Shown here: positions 34,579-39,737 of the stretch, one piece after another
Position numbering within the stretch: the first letter of the stretch is position 1
Layout: every line of letters starts with the position of its first letter
From: a virus
Strand: one strand, 5' to 3'
DNA: 40,181 nucleotides
IMG/VR virus record: IMGVR_UViG_3300020036_002545
Notes under the pieces: generated by a model
The model's database searches: none
Told to the model about the DNA's origin: nothing
Seen by the model: only the letters and a program-made list of their open reading frames with translations
Position numbers and translations under genes: made by a program

Positions 34579-34656
34579 CACTCCATAGTTTAATGGTAAA
34601 AACCAAATCCTCATGTAAATGAGTAGCATATGCAGGTTCGATTCCTGCTGGGGTGG
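34579..34656 (+). ncRNA. tRNA-like element with a collapsed anticodon loop (possible pseudo-tRNA or decoy)
   Basis: Acceptor cactcca/tggggtg has 7 pairs including one G-U. D arm is gttt-aatggtaa-aaac. T arm is gcagg-TTCGATT-cctgc. The middle folds as ctcat-GTAA-atgag (4-nt loop). I found no 5-bp stem with a 7-nt loop. Confidence 0.45.
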
Positions 34657-34686
34657 CTGTGCAATTATTATTTAGCTATATAAAAC

Positions 34687-34908
34687 ATGGATTCAGGAAT
34701 ATCTATCGGAGAAGCTCGCGTTCGTACAGCGTTCAATCCAAGCGACGATGCAGCAGTAACAGTTATCAAAAACAAAACTGCCGAGCTTATCAACCTCTGT
34801 GAGACACTTAAAGCAGCAGACCCTCGACTTGCTTCAATAGCTATGACTACATTTGAAGAAGCAGCTATGTGGGCAGTGAAGCTCGCAACAACAAATCCAT
34901 CAGCATAA
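34687..34908 (+). CDS. Small all-helical protein (73 aa)
   Basis: ORF between the tRNA-like element and tRNA-Arg. The motif FNPSDDAAVTVIKNKTAELINLCE...TTFEEAAMWAVKLAT is familiar from small phage proteins, but I cannot name the family. Confidence 0.6.
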   Translation: MDSGISIGEARVRTAFNPSDDAAVTVIKNKTAELINLCETLKAADPRLASIAMTTFEEAAMWAVKLATTNPSA

Positions 34909-34919
34909 GCTGGTGGTAT

Positions 34920-34992
34920 GGGTAAATAGCTCAACAGACAGAGCAACGGACTTCTAAGCCGTAGGTTGTAGGTGCAATTCCTACTTTACCCT
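34920..34992 (+). tRNA. tRNA-Arg (anticodon UCU, reads AGA)
   Basis: Hand-folded cloverleaf:
- acceptor gggtaaa/tttaccc
- D arm gctc-aacagaca-gagc
- anticodon arm acgga-cTTCTaa-gccgt (one A-G mismatch)
- T arm gtagg-TGCAATT-cctac
The elbow is atypical. Confidence 0.7.
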
Positions 34993-34993
34993 C

Positions 34994-35203
34994 ATGTATA
35001 TACCAAAAGACAAACAATGGTTTTGTGATAGAATAGGTAAAACTATTTATCGTGATACACTAAAAAAGTGTTGCGAAACGTGTGACCATGTAGCTACAAA
35101 CGGTTTAATAGTTACAGACAAAGACCACGCTGATTATCTTGCTATGATAGACATGGATTTTGGCGCAGAGGGTATTTATTCAAATTACAGAGATACTTTA
35201 TAG
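34994..35203 (+). CDS. Hypothetical Cys-containing protein
   Basis: 69-aa ORF; the ATG starts 1 nt after the tRNA-Arg end. Confidence 0.5.
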   Translation: MYIPKDKQWFCDRIGKTIYRDTLKKCCETCDHVATNGLIVTDKDHADYLAMIDMDFGAEGIYSNYRDTL

Positions 35204-35255
35204 GAAAGTTACTACGGTTTATTAGAAAATGAGATAAACTAAGTAAGATGGCAGT

Positions 35256-35333
35256 ACAAAAGGGAAGGGTAGTTATTCTTAACAATCCTGCGGCATAGAG
35301 AATACATTGTCGTTAGACCCCCTTTCCTTTTGT
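35256..35333 (+). ncRNA. Structured RNA R4 (14-bp closing helix plus inner 6-bp hairpin)
   Basis: acaaaagggaaggg pairs with ccctttccttttgt (one G-U). The inner hairpin is tattct/agaata. Terminator 35350-35375 follows. Confidence 0.4.
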
Positions 35334-35349
35334 GTTGCTTTCAAAGTAA

Positions 35350-35375
35350 AAGACCGCTAAAAACGGTCTTTTTTA
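35350..35375 (+). terminator. Rho-independent terminator
   Basis: aagaccg-ctaaaaa-cggtctt followed by TTTTT. Confidence 0.75.
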
Positions 35376-35507
35376 ATACACACAAAAAACGCCACAAGTG
35401 CAAAGAAGATAATTGTCTCCATATAGAATGTTTCCTGTAGTGTACTAGGTTATTGCCGAAGCCGTCAAAAACTATTGACACAAATATACTTTTCATGTCA
35501 CTATAGA

Positions 35508-35598
35508 CAAGTACCTCCAGTTTTAGCTACAGTTAGGTACTCACATTGTATACAAAGAGCCAGCGACCGACTTTTGATAACGGGCTGGCTTTTCTTTT
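35508..35598 (+). ncRNA. Candidate small RNA (two hairpins, own terminator)
   Basis: TTGACA at 35475-35480 lies upstream, but the -10 is unclear. The hairpin is agtacct/aggtact (35510-35541). The terminator is agccagc/gctggct plus TTTTCTTTT (35558-35598). Confidence 0.3.
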
Positions 35599-35601
35599 AC
35601 G

Positions 35602-35639
35602 TTATCCACAGAAGACAAACAAGAAACGTGTACTACAAT
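35602..35639 (+). promoter_or_regulatory. Perfect DnaA box TTATCCACA (35602-35610) abutting the -35 region; -10 TACAAT (35634-35639)
   Basis: Exact 9-mer, 3 nt after the terminator T-tract; AAGACA-N16-TACAAT. Confidence 0.55.
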
Positions 35640-35678
35640 GTACGCATGATTCTACTTGGAAACATACTTGAAGAAAGA

Positions 35679-35993
35679 ATGAAAGCCTACACGCTTGACC
35701 CAAAAGGCGTAGAGGAACAAGTAAAAGCCCGAGGGAAAGAGTACAACAAAAAATGGAACGACGCAGTGCAGTTTTTCCAAAAGCAGATAAACCGTGAACG
35801 TGAAAAAGATGGTATGAAGCCATTAGGGTTTATGCCGATACGGTACAAGCTCATGGCGTTGCCAGAGATAGACGAACTTCGTTGGTTTTACCATCACTGT
35901 ATAAAATACTCTAAGACAAAAGACAAGATGGGTAACTGGAACACGTTTAGCAAGTGTTTCTGGGGTGCGCTGGACGCAAAGAAATGTAAATAG
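35679..35993 (+). CDS. Hypothetical protein (104 aa)
   Basis: Internal ATG of track ORF 35475..35993. The upstream part crosses a terminator and the DnaA box, and starts at the TTG of TTGACA. Confidence 0.55.
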   Translation: MKAYTLDPKGVEEQVKARGKEYNKKWNDAVQFFQKQINREREKDGMKPLGFMPIRYKLMALPEIDELRWFYHHCIKYSKTKDKMGNWNTFSKCFWGALDAKKCK

Positions 35994-36017
35994 TATAATT
36001 TATACATATTTTTCTAC

Positions 36018-36030
36018 AACTAGCAGTCAA
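36018..36030. repeat. Left arm of 13-bp perfect inverted repeat bracketing gene 36040..36315
   Basis: aactagcagtcaa is the reverse complement of ttgactgctagtt at 36328-36340. Confidence 0.85.
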
Positions 36031-36039
36031 GTCAAGTCT

Positions 36040-36315
36040 ATGTCTAGCAAAAATAAAAACAATGTTTCTAATGGTGTTGCAGTAAGTGCTAATTGTTCTC
36101 CGAATGATGTCGTATACGTTTTAAAATCATATTCAATTCAAGATTTGGAAGGGAAAATACTTACATTTATCGATGCAAGTATTCAAGACCCTATACAAAG
36201 AAAAGCTTTAAAAGATTTGCTCCGTCCTATGGTTTGGACTTGGGCAATCGAAAGCAATATGTCGAGTTATTATGAAGTGAAAGAAGTTAGTGTTTGTTCA
36301 GGGCGTGTCAATTAA
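36040..36315 (+). CDS. Hypothetical protein (91 aa)
   Basis: Internal ATG of track ORF 35965; TATAAT at 35994-35999 lies upstream. Confidence 0.5.
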   Translation: MSSKNKNNVSNGVAVSANCSPNDVVYVLKSYSIQDLEGKILTFIDASIQDPIQRKALKDLLRPMVWTWAIESNMSSYYEVKEVSVCSGRVN

Positions 36316-36327
36316 AAACTAATAATT

Positions 36328-36340
36328 TTGACTGCTAGTT
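36328..36340. repeat. Right arm of the 13-bp inverted repeat
   Basis: See 36018-36030. Confidence 0.85.
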
Positions 36341-36350
36341 ATATAACGAT

Positions 36351-36602
36351 ATGTCTTGGAATTATAGAATGATACGGACAAAAGAAAATGAAACTTATGT
36401 ATATCATGTACATGAGGTTTATTATGATAAAAATGGCAAGCCAAAGAGTTGGTCAGAAAACCCTATTACACCTTACGGAGAATCTCAAAGCGATGTCTAT
36501 GAAGACTTGATACTTATGCAAAAATCTTTCCAGCAAAAACCTTTCGATATTGTAGATGACAAACTTGTTGAAATAAATGTAGGTAAAATTTCTGGTAAAT
36601 AG
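36351..36602 (+). CDS. Hypothetical protein
   Basis: 83-aa ORF. Confidence 0.55.
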   Translation: MSWNYRMIRTKENETYVYHVHEVYYDKNGKPKSWSENPITPYGESQSDVYEDLILMQKSFQQKPFDIVDDKLVEINVGKISGK

Positions 36603-36611
36603 TTTTCCACA
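36603..36611 (+). promoter_or_regulatory. DnaA-box variant TTTTCCACA (fits TTWTNCACA) abutting the TAG stop
   Basis: TAGTTTTCCACAG parallels TAGTTATCCACAG at 38239. Candidate promoter TTGAAA(36639)-N17-AATAGT. Confidence 0.45.
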
Positions 36612-36670
36612 GATGTTGGCTTGCATTATTCTGTAGGTTTGAAATAATGTAAGTGTTCGCAAATAGTTCA

Positions 36671-36737
36671 CATGACTCGTTACGGAGAGTCGTGGGCAGT
36701 AATCGCTCGCTCAGCCGTAACTGGTCGGGCGATTTTT
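36671..36737 (+). ncRNA. Candidate small RNA (8-bp hairpin plus terminator hairpin)
   Basis: The first hairpin is catgactc/gagtcgtg (one G-U). The terminator is aatcgc...gcgatt followed by TTTTTG. The predicted transcription start is near 36674. Confidence 0.4.
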
Positions 36738-36817
36738 GTTGGTCTAACCAGCTTCTCATATTGAAGACTAGCGGACATTAAAAGGCTAGGGCAAATATGC
36801 AATACGGATACAAGATA

Positions 36818-36933
36818 CCGAAGTTCAAGTTTTGCTCTTTATCAACTAAATATCATCTATTCATATCTTTAAAGAGAAACGGATAGTAGGAAAACAAAGG
36901 GTTTCGGGCATAAATCATATGGCTTGAACTCGG
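36818..36933 (+). ncRNA. Structured RNA R5 (11-bp closing helix with a bulge; inner 7-bp helix)
   Basis: ccgaagttcaag pairs with cttgaactcgg; the inner helix is ctcttta/taaagag. No credible ORF on either strand between 36612 and 37002. Confidence 0.3.
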
Positions 36934-37002
36934 ACTGGAAAACGGCTTGGGGGTTGGTGTAGTGTATTACACTTAGTATTACAAATAATAGATAAATAAA
37001 AA

Positions 37003-37290
37003 ATGAAAAACGTGAATTATTTGGCTTTGAAATATCGTTGCAAGCATGAACATGACTATATGCTTAATAGGTTTGATAGGATTTTTTACACTATTAAATT
37101 CATGATTTGTTGGAATTTAAAACGACAACCAAAAGAGTGCCAGTACGACGGTATTCATGTGGCATGTTTTAATTTCCGTAACGATTTCTCACTGGATGCA
37201 ATGAACGCAAAGAGCTGGGATTATATAAGAGTAGGCCCAGGTTATTTTACTAATTGGTGGGCGTATTGTGGCGATGATAGTAACTATTAA
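37003..37290 (+). CDS. Hypothetical protein
   Basis: 95-aa ORF. The 13-nt palindrome agtgtaTtacact (36961-36973) lies upstream. Confidence 0.5.
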   Translation: MKNVNYLALKYRCKHEHDYMLNRFDRIFYTIKFMICWNLKRQPKECQYDGIHVACFNFRNDFSLDAMNAKSWDYIRVGPGYFTNWWAYCGDDSNY

Positions 37291-37293
37291 ACG

Positions 37294-37431
37294 ATGAAAA
37301 AGTACAAGAAACACCCATCTAAATTATTTCAAGTACGTCTATCAGAAACAGAATACGAAGAAGTCATAGCAGAGATTAAAAAAACAGGACTAACTCGCAG
37401 AGCTTATATATTAGAAGTAATTAAAAAATAA
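37294..37431 (+). CDS. Ribbon-helix-helix-like small protein (45 aa)
   Basis: KLFQVRLSETEYEEVIAEIKKTGLTRRAYILEVIKK has a strand-helix-helix layout; the TAA abuts the next ATG. Confidence 0.4.
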   Translation: MKKYKKHPSKLFQVRLSETEYEEVIAEIKKTGLTRRAYILEVIKK

Positions 37432-37620
37432 ATGTCATCACCAAAACCCGACTTCATGCAAAAGAACCGCTATAGAAAACTAGAAAAGCTAGAGGTAAGA
37501 CTCTACGATAAAGATTGTCCTGTGTGTGGAACAAACGAAGTGATTTTCCTTTGGAGCGAAGAACTAAAAAAGTACACAACTAGTCGCTGTGGGAGTTTGA
37601 ACTGTAAGTATGGAAACTAG
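37432..37620 (+). CDS. Zinc-ribbon small protein
   Basis: CPVCG...CGSLNC; 62 aa. Confidence 0.5.
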   Translation: MSSPKPDFMQKNRYRKLEKLEVRLYDKDCPVCGTNEVIFLWSEELKKYTTSRCGSLNCKYGN

Positions 37621-37623
37621 CCT

Positions 37624-38241
37624 ATGAAAATACTAGTAGCCTGTGAAGAGAGCCAAGCAGTCTGTAAAGCGTTCCGTGCGAAAGGACACGAAGCATACTC
37701 GTGCGACATACTGCCTTGCAGCGGAGGACACCCAGAGTGGCACATACAGGGTGATGTTATTGAGCAATTAGAAAAGGAGTGGGACATGATTATTGCACAT
37801 CCACCTTGTACTGATTTAGCTGTTAGCGGGGCTAGGCATTTTGAGCGTAAGCGAAAGGATGGTTCCCAGCAAAAAAGCATTGATTTCTTTATGGCATTTA
37901 CTAAAGCAAAATGCGAAAAGATAGCAATAGAAAACCCAGTATGTATCATGTCTTCGATTTACCGAAAACCAGACCAAATAATACAGCCATATCAATTTGG
38001 ACATGAAGCTCGAAAAACAACATGCTTGTGGCTTAAAGGACTCCCTTTATTGAAGCCAACAAAAATAGTAGGTCAAGGTGAAATAGTAATCATGGGCGAT
38101 GGTAAAAAATATCCTAAATGGTCACATGATGCAGTCGGAGAGAACGGAAAAAAGTTAGCGTATAACTCTAAAGAAATCAAAACATTACGCTCAAAGACAT
38201 TCCAAGGCATAGCCGATGCTATGGCAGAACAATGGGGATAG
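37624..38241 (+). CDS. Compact C5-cytosine methyltransferase-like protein (second paralogue type)
   Basis: MKILVACEESQ N-terminus, motif IV AHPPCTDLAVSG, motif VI IENP, C-terminal RSKTFQGIADAMAEQW; 205 aa. Confidence 0.55.
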   Translation: MKILVACEESQAVCKAFRAKGHEAYSCDILPCSGGHPEWHIQGDVIEQLEKEWDMIIAHPPCTDLAVSGARHFERKRKDGSQQKSIDFFMAFTKAKCEKIAIENPVCIMSSIYRKPDQIIQPYQFGHEARKTTCLWLKGLPLLKPTKIVGQGEIVIMGDGKKYPKWSHDAVGENGKKLAYNSKEIKTLRSKTFQGIADAMAEQWG

Positions 38242-38250
38242 TTATCCACA
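38242..38250 (+). promoter_or_regulatory. Perfect DnaA box TTATCCACA abutting the TAG stop
   Basis: TAGTTATCCACAG; exact 9-mer. Confidence 0.6.
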
Positions 38251-38258
38251 GTCTACAC

Positions 38259-38287
38259 TTGCACACTTCTCCACTACCTGCTACAGT
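38259..38287 (+). promoter_or_regulatory. Sigma70-like promoter TTGCAC-N17-TACAGT
   Basis: Shares the upstream string TACACTTGC with the promoter at 4671-4681. Confidence 0.45.
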
Positions 38288-38301
38288 AGAGGAGTAAAGG
38301 C

Positions 38302-38370
38302 ATGGTCGTTGAAAACATAATAGTAATAGATGGTGCGTGTGGCGGAATAGTAACGCCCCAAAACTCCTGA
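38302..38370 (+). CDS. Candidate 22-aa leader peptide
   Basis: MVVENIIVIDGACGGIVTPQNS. It is preceded by AGGAG (38290-38294), one of the very few SD-like sequences in the genome. It is translated across the left arm of helix R6. Confidence 0.3.
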   Translation: MVVENIIVIDGACGGIVTPQNS

Positions 38371-38505
38371 AATATCGGAGGGAGGGTTAGGTTGATTGCA
38401 AGGTGACTATACGAGTAAAAAACAAGACGGCGCAAAGGGAGGCCAGGTTGCGCTTTGAAACTCCCCCTCGTCAAATCCTTACCACGCACACCATCTATTA
38501 CTATT
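38319..38505 (+). ncRNA. Structured RNA R6 / 5' leader: about 22-24-bp closing helix around about 140 nt
   Basis: aatagtaatagatggtgcgtgtgg pairs with ccacgcacaccatctattactatt (one mismatch, one G-U). The inner hairpin is gcgcaa/ttgcgc. Confidence 0.45.
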
Positions 38506-38543
38506 TCAATAGCGAACAGAGATTAATAACTAACATTACATCT

Positions 38544-38684
38544 ATGTACGGAACATACATCAACACTGAGCGTGCAACCACATGGGCTGGCATCAAGAAA
38601 GAAAAGGAAGCAGTAGACACAAAGAAGTCACTTGTACTAGGTTTCGCTATCGTAGCAGTTATCTTCATAGCTCTATGGTCATAA
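38544..38684 (+). CDS. Small C-terminally anchored membrane protein (46 aa)
   Basis: Internal ATG of track ORF 38403: MYGTYINTERATTWAGIKKEKEAVDTKKSLVLGFAIVAVIFIALWS. The upstream part lies inside helix R6. Confidence 0.4.
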   Translation: MYGTYINTERATTWAGIKKEKEAVDTKKSLVLGFAIVAVIFIALWS

Positions 38685-38872
38685 AGAAATTCACCATCCT
38701 ACGCAATAGACATAAAAAGATAGGCTCACAAGAGCCAGACTTTTTACTCTCAGCGAAGATTGGCGACGTATTCCAAAACATCGGCGGTGGATGGGAAAAG
38801 AAAGACAAGAACGACCGTGACTATCTCGCAGTAGAACTCTCAGACATCTATTCAATAACAATCAAAGTCTAA
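38675..38872 (+). CDS. DUF736-like protein
   Basis: QEPDFLLSAKIGDVFQNIGGGWEKKDKNDRDYLAVELSD resembles the DUF736 pattern PD.RI....EIGAAW.K.....DYLSV.LDD. Confidence 0.4.
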   Translation: MVIKKFTILRNRHKKIGSQEPDFLLSAKIGDVFQNIGGGWEKKDKNDRDYLAVELSDIYSITIKV

Positions 38873-39021
38873 TGCCAGAGATAAACTACTTCGACACTCC
38901 ATACGAGCGTCGCAAAGGCAACACAGGCTTTGCAAAGTTCATGGACGGGATACTCAAAGCAAAAGAGAAGCGTGAAAAATTAGAAAAATTAAACGAAGAC
39001 ACACCAAATGGAAACGAATAA
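38872..39021 (+). CDS. Hypothetical small protein (49 aa)
   Basis: TAATG overlap upstream; 14-nt overlap with the SSAP gene. Confidence 0.35.
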   Translation: MPEINYFDTPYERRKGNTGFAKFMDGILKAKEKREKLEKLNEDTPNGNE

Positions 39022-39736
39022 AGTATCTGAGTTTCTAAAACTCAACGTGAATGAGAAAACAGAGAAAAAGAATGGTCTTACATATCTCTCGTGGGCTTGG
39101 GCGTGGACTAAGACTATCGAAGCAGACCCAGACGCTACCTATGAGGTAAAAATGTTTGACAACAAACCATATATCTACGACGAGAACCTCGGATACATGG
39201 TTATGACATCAGTAACTTTTGATGGAAAGACAAAGATAATGCAGCTTCCTGTAATGAATAGCGCTAACAAGGCTCAAAAGGCTGTTGCCTACACTTACAA
39301 AGGTATCCAGTGGGTAAATGGTCAAAAGACAGAGGTTGATAAAACAGTAGATGCAGCGACTATGTTTGACATCAATACAGCAATCATGCGCTGTCTCACA
39401 AAAAACCTAGCTATGTTTGGACTCGGATTGTACATTTACGCAGGTGAAGATTTGCCAGACGTAGAAACACCGCCACTCCCCCCTCAAAACCCTCCTACGA
39501 GCCCTATAGAGCCTCCTACAGCCCCTCCTACAGCCCCTCCTAAAGCACCTCCAAAGCCAAAGGTAACGCCAGAACAGGCAGAAGCTAAGGCAAAGGTGGC
39601 TATCGAGGAAGCAGACACAGAAGAGAAGCTAGAAAAGATTAAAACACAGGTTAATGCATCTACTCTCCTCGGAGACGGTGCAAAAGCTGATTTGACGGAG
39701 ATGATTCTTACTAAGATTAATGGTTTCACAAAGTAA
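39008..39736 (+). CDS. Rad52-like single-strand annealing protein (Sak/DUF1071 type)
   Basis: GLTYLSWAWAW and NLAMFGLGLYIYAGEDLP motifs; Pro-rich PPTAPPTAPPKAPPKPK linker and an acidic tail. Confidence 0.7.
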   Translation: METNKVSEFLKLNVNEKTEKKNGLTYLSWAWAWTKTIEADPDATYEVKMFDNKPYIYDENLGYMVMTSVTFDGKTKIMQLPVMNSANKAQKAVAYTYKGIQWVNGQKTEVDKTVDAATMFDINTAIMRCLTKNLAMFGLGLYIYAGEDLPDVETPPLPPQNPPTSPIEPPTAPPTAPPKAPPKPKVTPEQAEAKAKVAIEEADTEEKLEKIKTQVNASTLLGDGAKADLTEMILTKINGFTK

Positions 39737-39737
39737 T

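Noticed and set aside
34245-34656. tmRNA or a single tRNA gene split by a group I intron
   Set aside because: - The 5' end at 34245 is not complementary to the 3' end at 34649-34655.
- Two separate T arms are present.
- No tag-peptide reading frame ending in a typical ...AA stop was seen.
- The interval is short for a group I intron, and I could not identify P7/P3-type pairings by eye.
35475-35678. N-terminal 68 codons of track ORF 35475..35993
   Set aside because: - It starts at the TTG of a TTGACA hexamer.
- It reads across a rho-independent terminator and a DnaA box.
- The internal ATG 35679 gives a sensible 104-aa protein.
38259-38264. Phage-specific (T7-like) single-subunit RNAP promoters as the explanation of the repeated intergenic motif
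   Set aside because: No RNA polymerase gene is present. The conserved 11-mer equals the DnaA-box consensus rather than a 20-23-nt phage promoter. The sequences downstream of the motif differ between copies.
38274-38543. Minus-strand ORF 38274..38489 and the N-terminal part of + ORF 38403..38684
   Set aside because: Both lie inside the R6 region, which is closed by the 22-bp helix. They have low-complexity or odd composition. The only plausible coding parts are the 22-codon leader and the ATG 38544 membrane peptide.
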